A stretch of 64,000 bases of DNA. It comes from Adineta vaga. Taxonomy: Eukaryota; Animalia; Rotifera. The notes beneath the pieces were generated by a model that did not search any database, was not told the origin of the DNA, and saw only the letters and a list, made by a program, of their open reading frames with translations. The stretch covers positions 7,316,001 to 7,380,000 of the forward strand of contig CP075494.1 of assembly GCA_021613535.1 (NCBI GenBank). The letters run 5' to 3'. Below are positions 1-11,651 of the stretch, in pieces. The translations under genes were made by a program, and so were the position numbers. Every line of letters starts with the position of its first letter. The first letter of the stretch is position 1.

Positions 1-1424
1 ACACAAAATAATCATAGTTGAGATTTTCGTTTCGCAATTCTTTATGAGTAAATTTTCGATGAATAATAATAGATTGAATAGAAACTCTTCTATCAACATA
101 AGAAAAGAAAGAAGGTCATTATTTATCCTGTTATTAATCGTTTGAGTTCAAGATCATTTGCTTTTTTTTCGTATATGTTTAATAACATACATTGTTATAT
201 ACTGAACATCACATACCAACCATAATAGACCGTTGACTCTCATCTTCTCTTCTTTTCTTTCTCCCACCATAACAACGGGGATGAACTTCGAGCAGTCATT
301 CGTTTACATACCTTCACTTATTCTCTTTCGTATGAATATGTATGTTCTCTAGCATTGCGTTGTTGTCGAGGCGTCCATAGTATTGGTGTTGTCGACAATA
401 TATTGATTGACCTAAAGTGAATGAATCGAAGAAGAAGAAGAAGAAGAATAAAAACAACATATGGGAAGAAAGAAAATGCATAGGTTGTACTTATTTTGAA
501 AATCTTTTTTTTCCTTCATTGATCTGTTATCTCCTTTTTTTATTTATTAATAGTAAATGGGAAAAGGATATTTAGAGATTTGAGTAATTTTCCATTTGGG
601 AATCATAAAAACGAAGAGATTTTATCGGTCGGATGATGTTGAATAGAAGAGAGATGAGAGGATCATAACCACCTGTCTCGCGAATGTAATATTTTAAACA
701 TGAGTTCAGTTCACAAATGTATATGATACGATCAATGTCTACTATCAATAGACCGTATAACATTCGTTCATTCTTATCTTTCGTGTTTTTGTTTCGTCTC
801 ACATTTATTCATTTATATTTATCATCGAAGTCAAGGATTATTTGTAAGTATTGTTAAGCCAGTTGAGCAATAAAATCGATTCTTTTTTTTTTTGTTTTTT
901 GAGAAAATATCAAATCAGAATGAAAGAAAATCGAGAGAGACAGAATGAGAAAGAGAACAAAAGTAATACATGCACATAAGAAATACGGTTCATTTGACCC
1001 GACTTTTGTCGATGAAAATGTTATGTTAGTATCATAATATAACTTTTAATGATAGAAAAGGAGACTGTTATCATAGTCGATGTAAGAATAGAAGACACAT
1101 ATTCAAATTCCTATTGTTGGTCGTAATTAAATGAACGACATATGTTGTTTTGGTTAAAATGATAGGATGTGAATGATTCTTTATTTTTCTATTATTCTTC
1201 CGTTTTCTTTTTGCAGCAGTACACGTCATATGCTATAAATATTTTTATTTATGTGTTGTCGTATGTGATAAGAATCTGTCTATGAGGCAACATTTATCAA
1301 AAGATTAAATGACATGATTGTTTTCTTTCTTTTTTTATGATCTATTATTGATTTGATTTTAGATTGTTGCATTCTTTTTTCAATTTGATTTCTTTTTTTT
1401 TAACAATTGATTTACTCTTCCATC

Positions 1425-4400
1425 ATGGACACTGGGAATGGTGATAAATCAAATGCTGACAATGATCTTTATTTACCACAAACTGATTCTTTCTGGGAGG
1501 TATGGAATTTACTGTCTAATATCAATATACTTATCTATGTTCATACTAATTACAGATTGGTAAATACAATCGAGTGGTCAAACGATGTGATGATGGAAAT
1601 AAATTAACGACTGATCTACTTAGTATGATCAATGAACGAGCTGAACTTGAAAAATCGTTTTCCAAAATGCTTAAAGGTTGGTCAAAGAAATGGTCCGATT
1701 ATGTGGCGAAATGTTAGTAAAATGTCAATCATTATCCGTAGAGAGAATATCTATATTTTGATTATTTTTACTTAGCGTCTGAATTTGGTTCGATGACGGC
1801 AGCTTGGAAAGCAATTATGGCTGAGGCTGATGCGTCAGCTGAAGTTCATCAGAGTGTGCATGATGAATTAGAAAATGATGTTGTACCATCAATAAAAGCA
1901 TGGCAAAAAACTAAATATATCAAATCAATGATGCATATCAAATCCACAAAAGATTTTGATGAAGAATTTAAACGAGTATGTATTTTAGTTTCTTTTTAAA
2001 ATAAATTCAATTGACAAAGACGACTTTTTTGTTAAGGCACAAAAACCATGGGCAAAATTATATGTTAAAGTTGATAAATATAAACGTGAATATCATACAG
2101 CAACAAAAAATTTGAAAATGGCTGAAGCACAAGAAAACAATGCTAAACTTGATGGTTCTATTCCACAGGATCAAGTAAGAAAGAATAACTGTCTGTTAAA
2201 ATAAATAATTCTTTGAACTGTTTTCATTTCAGCGTGTTAAAGTTGCTGAAAAAGTTGAACGATGTCGTAAAGAAAAAGAAGCTGCCAAATGCAAATATGT
2301 TGAAGCTCTTCAAGAACTTAATCGATCAAATCCAAAATATATGGATGATATGAACGAGGTGAGACAATGAAGCAAACTGTTATTCTTATTTTGTTACGTA
2401 TGTTGTGTCATCAAGGTCTTTACCCGGTGTCAAACATTTGAAAAAGATCGTCTTGTCAAATTTCGTGAATTTTTGGGTGCTACTGAAAAATGTCTCGATC
2501 TGAGCCCTCGATTACAGTAAGTACACAATAAATGATTATGTTTTATTCGAATGCAGTAGGATAAGCTGATTTAATCGTGCCTATACAATATATCATTGTC
2601 ATACATGTTCATCTAGAGGATGGATACTTGAAAATCTGCTCATTTGATAATTCTTATCTTTTTTGCTTCGTTTTTAGATCACCAATCTTCCAACAATTTC
2701 CTCATACAATTAAAAATTGCGATCCAGATCGAGATTTATCATGGTGGTCGGATACGTATGGTGCAACAATGAAAATGAATTGGCCTATATTCGAGGTATT
2801 TATTCAGTTTTTCTTTTTTAGAAATCACTTATCTAATAAATCTCTCAGTGCTTCTTCTTGATTTCTCGCAAACTTGCTCAATGCTTTGTTTTTTCCTTAT
2901 GCTTCTACTATATCGATTACCACCCTTACCACCTCTTAGGAATCAACAAATTTAGTTAATTATCTTCAACAATCACATCTACAGCAACAACCAGCACAGT
3001 CACATCGTTTTTCTTACTCTGGTGATTTATCGTTAAATCATGATTCATATCATCGTCGACCATTAGCACATTTTGTTAGTCAAACAAGTGCTGCTGTTTT
3101 AGTTGTCGATTCTTATGCTACCATTCGTCGATCGATGCGACGAACAGCAGCTGTCGTCACACGCGTTCGCCGAGATCTTGCTAAGCGTGAAGTAGATTAT
3201 CACCTATCTAAATACTTAGACTCCCACTACTAGAAAAAAAACTTATATTTTGGTTTCTTTGGTACATATATATATATATGTATATACTGACAATTTATAT
3301 TATTTCTTTCTTTCTTTCTTTTCTTTGCTTGGCTCTCTTTTTCTTTTGCTAACCATTATTAATTGTTCGGAAAAAGAAACAACTATTGAAAATGTTCTTT
3401 TATTTTTTATTTTTAGGAATATTCTGATGCACAACGGACGCTTTCTCGTCGTGCAAAAGGCGATGTTGAACGAGAAAATCCAGTAGTTGTGACTGCTATT
3501 CGTACAAGTCATAATGGAGCACCAACTGCTCCATCAGCTTCAGACGCTCGTCAATCAACGAAGTAAGTAAATTTATTTTGATCTTTTCCTCATATATATT
3601 TTATTATTATTATGATTATGATTATATCGGGTATTACAAAGCTTTTGCTTTATTTTTGTTTCGATCAGTCACTCAAATCTACTCCAGTTTCGATTAATAC
3701 ATATCTCATATATGATTGGATTTTATCGATATTTTGATTTTTTGTAAACCTATTGATCATTGACATATCCTGTGCTTTTGTCTAGTTATGTAAATCAATC
3801 ACCAGCACCACCAATACGCAGTGCTCATGCATCTGTTTATTCTACATTGAATACAAGTCATACAAGCAGCGCGAATCCTTTCGGTGATGATGATAATGAT
3901 GATGATGATGAGGATAATGATGTTGATAATCTTAAAGAAAAATCGACGACGAATCGGTAGTGAACCAATCTTGAAGCTTGTCTTGCTTGGTTTTTTTTGT
4001 TTTTCTGTCTAAACTGATCATATGAATGCATATCTATTTATCATGCTTTATTCTCTGCACGCTATGTTGAGAATTCTAATACTCTTGTGGTGTTATGCAC
4101 TTATATATTTAACTTTTATTTTATGAATTATTTTCATCTTGTCTATTTTCGTTTTCTAGTTCAAATTATACAAGTGGAACAAATAACAATGGATTTTCAA
4201 ATTTACCACCATATCCAACAAATAATATTCAACCATCGTATCCAGCATCAGCAAATCCATTCTTAGATGATGATGATAATGTCGATTCATTATCACCATC
4301 TCATCAAGTATCTCATCAATCACCAGCATCAACAGGAGGTTCATCTCTTGATAGTAGTGCCGGTGTACCTGTACGAGCTTTATACGATTATGAAGCCCAA

Positions 4401-4591
4401 GAACAAGATGAACTATCATTTAAACAAGGTAATACTTTGAATGATTGAACTTACTATTTTTTGTTATCTTATTTTCTTTTCTAGGTGACATATTTACTAA
4501 ATTGGAAGATGAAGATGATCAAGGTTGGTGTAGAGGCCGTGTTGGTGGTCGAGTGGGTCTTTATCCTGCAACCTATGTTGAAGTTCTCTAA
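1425..4591 (+). CDS. PACSIN: PACSIN/syndapin (F-BAR, NPF motifs, SH3), multi-exon
   Basis: Spliced exons give [61 protein letters not shown], two NPF+acidic motifs and the SH3 domain [21 protein letters not shown]...[24 protein letters not shown]; stop TAA at 4589-4591. Confidence 0.95.
2940..3233 (+). CDS. Putative alternative terminal (or poison) exon of PACSIN, 97 codons plus stop
   Basis: Pyrimidine-rich acceptor ...cctcttAG at 2938-2939 in phase 0 with the upstream WPIFE|GT donor; the frame stays open for 294 nt ([11 protein letters not shown]...YLDSHY*) within an AT-rich intron. Confidence 0.6.
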   Translation, partial: ESTNLVNYLQQSHLQQQPAQSHRFSYSGDLSLNHDSYHRRPLAHFVSQTSAAVLVVDSYATIRRSMRRTAAVVTRVRRDLAKREVDYHLSKYLDSHY

Positions 4592-5105
4592 GAACACATA
4601 AGATCTCATTACAAAAAAGAACGAAAACTCATCTGGAACAGTAGTATCATCGAAAAAAATCGCCTCTTTGAATATATCTCTTGTTGTGTTTCTGTGTGCC
4701 TTCTTGGTGTTCTTCTTCTTTTTTGTAATTAATAGTTGACATCGAAAAAAAAAAACACAATCCTAATTGTTCTTTCTCTTTACTATCTGCTCCATCCTTT
4801 TTTTAATTTATTGTTCGCAAACATTGTATAGATATTTTATCCGCTGTTCTTTTCTCCTTTCTCTTTGTTAGCTGGTATATACATAACAGAAAAACAATAA
4901 TACCTAAGATTACTAGCTTTCGTTAAATATTTTTCCCTACACCGTTCCATACTTTCATTTTTTTTTGCTCTTTTGTGTATTGCTATTCATCTGTTCGCTT
5001 AGCTTCGCCTGTCATTTTTTTTGCATATTTAAAAAAAGAAGAGAAAAACTTAATGAATAAATCAAGGATTTAAAAATCTCGACTGTTACACTTTAGATTT
5101 GAATA

Positions 5106-8100
5106 ATGGTAGATAATTCAGGTACAAAAGTTAGTCAATTATGTGTCGTAGCATTGATTGGTAAAAGTACATTATTCGAACAGCAATGTAATAAATCATG
5201 GAAATTAAATCAATTAATACAAATACCTGCATTTAAAGAACATTCAATCAGTAATACAGAAGATGATTTCGAATACTATTACGATCATATTAATAATACT
5301 ATCTATGTTCATCTTCGATCATTTCATGATACATATCAACTGTTAAATTTAATCGATAACATTCATGATGATACATCAATACAAAGTTTTGCTCAATTAT
5401 GGGAAAATAAGCAAGGAAATTTTATTAAAAAATGTCTCATTTGTTTTTTATTATCACATGTTATTGTTGTAAGTGGTTTTCGACTTCATTTTAAATCATT
5501 CTATTTGATATTATTTTAGATTTCTCATTCATCACATACATTCGATTTGAATTATTTACGTTTTTTTCGTATTATTGAACTTTTACGTCATAAAACTAAA
5601 TCCGCTGTATCGGAAACAATTCGTTCGTTAAATTTATTAAAAGATGCAGATATTTTTCTCAATGATGGACGTCTTTGTGTACCACGTGCATTATTCATTT
5701 TTGAAAATCATCATCATAAAGGTAATGATACACCTGGAAATAATGATCGAGATGATGATCCTAAATTGATTAATATGGCACGAAATTTAGAAGATATTAT
5801 TTTTAATGCATTGAGATGTTCATATATTATTTCCAATCAAACGTAAGATTGTTTTCGAAAAATAATCGAACGTTGTTTTCTTTTATTTATTTTTTCTTCT
5901 AGTAATTCAGCATTGTTTACGATTGCACATAAACAACCTTTTGTATTTATTCATCGTTGTTATAAAGAATCAGCATCTTTAGGACAAACTCAAAAATTAC
6001 TCGGAATCTTACAAGGTTTCGTTAAACAAACAAAAGAATCTTGTAAGAAACGATCGTTTTCCTAATTTGTTGATGATCTTTTTTGTTTAGCAAGTAATTC
6101 AAATCTTCTTAATCGTGCAAATTCTCAACAGCAAGATGATACTTATGCATTCAAACGTTTTCTTTTTCGTCATATTGAAGATGCTCTAACCGATGGTTGG
6201 TCAAATGATGGTATTTCCGGTGGTGCACGTAGTGAATCATCATCATTTGAGCTATGTACATATCCAACTTGGATACGTTTATTTAATTCTCTTCGTGAAT
6301 TATTTGAATCACCACCAATTAAACTTATGCGACAAGCATTTAATATGCTTCGAGCAAATGTTGATCCAGATGGAAAACTAAGTGAAACACAATGTAAAAA
6401 ATGTTTACCAATGGCTATTAAATATTATGAAGATGGTTTACCATCACGATATACACGACATTTTCATGAACAACGAGTTCGTATTCAATGCGAAAGACGA
6501 ATATAATTTTTTTGTATTTTTGATTAGTTACAAGCAGCAACAGAATTTTTTGCAACTTATGCACGTGGCTCAAGTTATAAACGTTATGTTCAACAACTTA
6601 TTGATCAATGTACACGTTTATGGCAAGATGGAAGACAATTATGTGAAGCGATTAGTTTAACGAGAAATCCATGTAAAAATGAAGTATGTTATATGAAAGG
6701 AGTGTTTGTTGAGTTTGACAGAAATTTATCTTTTCTAGCTTCATCGTGTACTTGGCGAAGAAGATTTACCTGATTCATCTAATCTTGCACATCTACCAGT
6801 TCGAGCTCATAATAGCAAAGTAAGAAATACATGTTTCTAACTTGTATTCTATTCTTTACTATGTACCTGAAAGATTCAATTGATGGCAGCCAGTAATTGT
6901 GGTCAAATATTACAAGAACGTGAAGATCCATTCAGTTTGAAGGTACATTGTCGTTGTTTTCACCGACAGGGCCGAATACATTTGAAGATGTGTGATATTT
7001 TTTTAGGAAGCAAATTATGATTTTTATCAAGATGTTAATAAAATGTTATCAGTAAAACCAATTTATTTTGAATTTCCTATCTTTCGTGGAAATAATAGTT
7101 CTACAGAAACGATTCGAGCTGGTAAAATAGAAAATAAGATGTTTGCTTGTTGTTTATAGTGTTATTTTTCAATTTAGGTAATAAACAAAAAACTGAAATC
7201 AAACATTCAAGTCTTCCTACAGATCTTAGTGGTGCATCTGAACTTAGTAAATATTCATTTAATATATATATATAATCCAACATTTATTGAACTATATTTA
7301 AAGGTCAATCGAAATCAGTTACACTTTACTCTCCTGTACCAGACAAGGAACCACAAGAATTAGATCAAATAACCGGTGAAAAAACAGATACCAATCAATT
7401 AGTTACATGTACTGATGATGTACAACCTATTCCAAGTACAACAGAATATCTTGATGGTATGACACATTCAGATAGTCCACCAGGATTATTACCACGATTT
7501 AGTTCATGGAGTCTATGTTGTATTGGTCGAGCATCGGATTATATACCGACAAAAGGTAAAATAAACATTTCATGAGGAACTTCTTTTGAAGAAAAATTTA
7601 GGTCTTCAACAACCTGGTTTTTTGACTAATTTAAATCATTTGATATCATGGGACATAAATCCACATAATAATCAAGCATCAACCAATAATCCTGCTGGTG
7701 GCGGTGCAGCACAATATCACCAACAACGTACAACAGCTACACGAAGTTATAAAAATAATCGACGAGGTTCGTTTCATTATCATTGATATTCTTCATCTTC
7801 ATCTTTCTTGTTGAATGGACGCTTTTTTAGGTGCGACAAGTTCATCGATTTGGGATGTTACTATTCGTGTTTACATTGGATGTGAATACGAATGTCCACG
7901 TGGTCATCGATTTTTATGTTCATCACCGAATCATGTCATTCGTGTTGGTCCAACTGGTGTTGTTAAAGTTCGTTCTTTTCTTCTTTCTTCCTTTGAACTA
8001 GAAGCGAATTTCTCTATTTAGGATGATGGTGCAAAATTAGTTCGATCGGATATGCCATTGTATACTCCATGTTCTTGTCGAATTATGCAAACTGGTGCAC

Positions 8101-8449
8101 GTGTCTGGGCACAATTGATGCGTGCTTATGTTGTTACACCTTCATCTTCGACGCCACTTCAATGTGTCCTTCATCCACAAGTTGTACCAGCTGGTCCAAA
8201 TAGTCCGACATTTTTTCCAAGTTATACTCAACCAATTCATCTTACCGATGATTCTATATGGGTTCTACGTTTTCCGTACGTAATCTTTTTCTTTATTTTC
8301 TCTTTCAATAAACAATTTGTCTTTGTCTTGTAAATTCTAGGCTTATTTATCATGATGGTGAAAGAGCTCTGTCTCGTCCACAAAATGAGGAAGATATTAG
8401 TCAATGTCTTGTTTTACGTGATCTTTTTTCGTGGACAAATAAATCTTGA
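5106..8449 (+). CDS. SMG8: Nonsense-mediated decay factor SMG8, multi-exon
   Basis: CVVALIGKST N-terminus, LSHVIV-ISHSSHTFDLNYLRFF, GRLCVPRALFIF, STTEYLDGMTHSDSPPGLLPRFSSWSL, RVYIGCEYECPRGHRF, AQLMRAYVVTP and WVLRFP: motifs typical of SMG8. Confidence 0.9.
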
Positions 8450-8545
8450 TATTGAATCTGTAGAAAAAAAATATATATATGTTCAAATTTTAGTTTATTT
8501 TTACTTTTAGATAGTTAGTATCAAAAGAAGAAAAAAATTATTGCA

Positions 8546-8806
8546 ATGCCACAAGGTAAAATAAAGACGAAAGTTCAATTGCCATTGAATATGAAGAAGA
8601 AATCAACTGGAAATAAGGTCAATGGTGGTAAAGTATCGAAAACAAAAATGCACAAGAAGAAAAATTCGGGTGGAAATGGAAAAACTGGTCTCGAAGCTGT
8701 TCAACAACGATTAACTACACAAATTGCAAAGAATATCGAACAAGAATGTGCCAATAAAGTGAAATCAAATGAAGGAAAATCATTAAGTATTGTCAAATCT
8801 AATTAA
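8546..8806 (+). CDS. C19orf53: Small basic protein of the UPF0390 / Leydig cell tumor 10 kDa (C19orf53-like) family
   Basis: 86 aa, Lys-rich; MPQGKIKTK start and LTTQIAKNIEQECA..LSIVK C-terminus resemble the family. Confidence 0.7.
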   Translation: MPQGKIKTKVQLPLNMKKKSTGNKVNGGKVSKTKMHKKKNSGGNGKTGLEAVQQRLTTQIAKNIEQECANKVKSNEGKSLSIVKSN

Positions 8807-8936
8807 GTGTGTTTTGTATTTTGAAATAAAACATCCGATAGAAGAATATTCTAAATTCTTTCCTCCAAGAAATTCTCTGCATCTTGATTTCTTTTCGGTG
8901 CAAACTTAATCAGAACTATTGATTCATAAAATTTTC

Positions 8937-8945
8937 GCCACGTCA
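8937..8945 (-). promoter_or_regulatory. UPRE / XBP1-CREB3 element TGACGTGGC
   Basis: Plus strand reads GCCACGTCA, about 140 bp upstream of the ATG of an ER-resident protein gene. Confidence 0.5.
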
Positions 8946-9081
8946 CGATATATCCTTGTCTATTTCATAAATAAATCAAAATAATTATATGCATATAGTT
9001 ACCAGCTGGTGACAAAAGTATTTAAAAACTAAAGCAAACTTCAGTAGATACCATCTATTCCTTTTTTCTTTTAAACACATC

Positions 9082-10362
9082 ATGTTGCTATTAAGAATTC
9101 TTTCTCTATCATCAACTTTAATCTGGATTTGTTCTGCTGATATGGGCAGTGGTTTTCCTAAAGATATGAATTTACATGTCACATTTCCACCTATACTTCA
9201 ACATCAAGGTTCACTTGCTCTCGGTCATCTACGTCCATTAGGTTGGCAACGACGTGCTGAAGCATCAATTGTAGAAGATTCATTGAACATAGGTCCTGCA
9301 CGTTTCTATCGTTTATTTGTTCGTGGTAATCGATCAGTAGTTATTCGTGGTATTGTTTCACCAATGGATGTTTTATGGACAGATAGTTATCTATCGAAAC
9401 ATTATGGTCATTTAAATGTTACTGTTGCTAAACGAAAACAACGTCTTGTTGATACATTAATTATGATGCCATTCAAATCATTTCTTCAACAATATCGACA
9501 AGATGATTTATACATGAATACGATCATACCCGATGAAATGAAATCAGAAACACCATTGCCTTCAGTAATCAATTGTGGAACATTTCGTCATCGATTATTA
9601 GAACCTATTTTATGGATTAGTGCAGGCGATACAGCATCACTTTTACAAGCACATACACAGCATACATTACATTGTGTATTAGATGGTCGAAAAGATTTTA
9701 TTATCTATGATATATCTGAACAATATCCACATGAATTTGATCTTTTAAAACAACCCAATGGTGATCTTTTCTCTCGTATTGATGTTGATTTAGTCAATGC
9801 ATATAAATATAAATATTTACATCAAGCATTATGGTATTGGACAACCTTACGTGAAGGTGATTGTTTATTTATTCCAGCTTATACATTTCATCAAGTACGA
9901 GCACATGGTCGAACAATTGCCTTAACTATTGATATGGCACCGTCGGATGTGCGAGAAGATTTTATTGATACTGATTGTGAAAAAAATCCACCTGTATATG
10001 TTTCATTGAATCGTGCAGAATTTTTATGGAAATATGAACATGGTATTCGACATTTAAGTAAACGAACGATAAGTTCTGAAGATGTTCGTGCTTATCTATT
10101 TCTTCTATTTGGCGGAAATGAACGATTACATCGAGAAATATTCCGTGATTTTTATGTTCAAGTAACACATGAATTAGACAAAACAAGTGTTGCATTACCA
10201 ACAGGAACAGATATATGGAAACAATTGAATAAAGATGAACCTCATGAAGAATATATGACAAGAAATCACTTGAAAAATTTAACATCCGATAGATTAGAAT
10301 CCTTAGCTGATATATTTCAAAAAAGTGCTCGAATGCATGAATATGCTAAACATGAACTTTAA
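9082..10362 (+). CDS. Intronless ER-luminal JmjC/Cupin_8-like protein (signal peptide, C-terminal KHEL)
   Basis: 426 aa ORF with a hydrophobic N-terminus; JmjC-like WISAGDTASLL...DGRKDF and LREGDCLFIPAYTFHQVR; ends in KHEL, a KDEL-type retention signal. Confidence 0.85.
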   Translation: MLLLRILSLSSTLIWICSADMGSGFPKDMNLHVTFPPILQHQGSLALGHLRPLGWQRRAEASIVEDSLNIGPARFYRLFVRGNRSVVIRGIVSPMDVLWTDSYLSKHYGHLNVTVAKRKQRLVDTLIMMPFKSFLQQYRQDDLYMNTIIPDEMKSETPLPSVINCGTFRHRLLEPILWISAGDTASLLQAHTQHTLHCVLDGRKDFIIYDISEQYPHEFDLLKQPNGDLFSRIDVDLVNAYKYKYLHQALWYWTTLREGDCLFIPAYTFHQVRAHGRTIALTIDMAPSDVREDFIDTDCEKNPPVYVSLNRAEFLWKYEHGIRHLSKRTISSEDVRAYLFLLFGGNERLHREIFRDFYVQVTHELDKTSVALPTGTDIWKQLNKDEPHEEYMTRNHLKNLTSDRLESLADIFQKSARMHEYAKHEL

Positions 10363-10779
10363 GTTTTATTTTTTGTTTTTGTTTCTAAAAAAATTCTTTA
10401 ATAGATAAAGGGTGCCGGTATATTGTTGTTATTTCAAATCTAGAATATAATATCTGTAATATTAAAAAATCAGTTTTATTTCACACTACAAAATAACGTT
10501 GAAAGTTCGAGAAATCAATGTAATCTATCTTATACAGATACTCAAATTTCGTCTGCACAGGTGTTCGTCGAGATACTATTTGTCCTTGTTATTGATAAAT
10601 GAATTCGACTAAATTACTCATTGATTGAAATCATTCAAACTCTATCGTAAATAGAACATTCTATTTCTTCTCAATGAAATAAAGGATTAGAAATTAATCA
10701 TATCATTCTCTCTCTCTCTACATATATATATATACTTATTTTATATTCATATTCAATCTTTCTTTTTTCAATTTGAAAT

Positions 10780-11651
10780 ATGAAATCTACACTTTTCATT
10801 GTTTTTCTTCTTATCGGTGTTTCACACTGTTTCTTTGGACCTATTGGTCAAGTTATTAATAATGCTGGTAATTCAGTGAATTCAATTAACAATCAGGTTA
10901 GTAATTCAATTAATTCAGCTACAAATCTTGTTAGTCAATCGGTCGACAAATTTGTAAATGATGTTCGAGGTCATGTTGATACTTTTATCCGAGAATTATT
11001 AAATACAATTGATCATTTACAATCAGCTGCTAATTCTCTTTGGAATAATGTTTTTAGTCCAATATTTGATATGTTAACTACCGGTAAAACTTCTTTCCTT
11101 ATAATTGGTATAAAATTAACCGTGATTTATTTGTTCTAGGTGGACAAACATTACTTCATGATAAATTTAGCGCTATTGCAACTATTCTCGGTCGTCCAGT
11201 TGCCGTTCCTGAAAATCCACTTTCAGAAAAATATGCTCAATTAGTTGCTCGTTTGAAATCGAATATTCATCATTTATATGAACAAGTATTTATGATGGAA
11301 CATGACGCAGTATCAGCTATTCAACAAGGTGAATTTAATCTTGAAGAACGTATTCGTGCATTCTATGATAAACTTGATGCTATTCATAAACAAATCAATG
11401 AATGGGCATTGGAAACAAAAACAGAATTAGAATCACATGCTAATGCTATGGAAGGTGAATGGGTTCAAATTCTTAATCAATACAATCAAAATATTGATTT
11501 GAGTGTGAAAACAATTGGTGCCATGTTTCAAGAATTAACACATAATTTGATGAAGAATTTTCTTGAAGTTGTTCTTAGTGTGGTTCCTAATGCGATGAGT
11601 ATTGTTCAAAATATGAAAGAACAAGGTTTACTTTCATTTTTTCGTCAATAA
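10780..11651 (+). CDS. Secreted amphipathic-helical protein with 11-residue periodicity (apolipoprotein/LEA-like), 2 exons, 271 aa
   Basis: Exons 10780-11083 and 11140-11651 join in frame across a 56-nt GT-AG intron; signal peptide MKSTLFIVFLLIGVSHC; TATA-like run near 10722; AATAAA at the stop. Confidence 0.8.

Noticed and set aside
9962-10285. Antisense or alternative-frame ORFs overlapping real genes (also 16913-17200, 24331-24582, 62019-62234)
   Set aside because: Shadows of codon bias in the true CDS.
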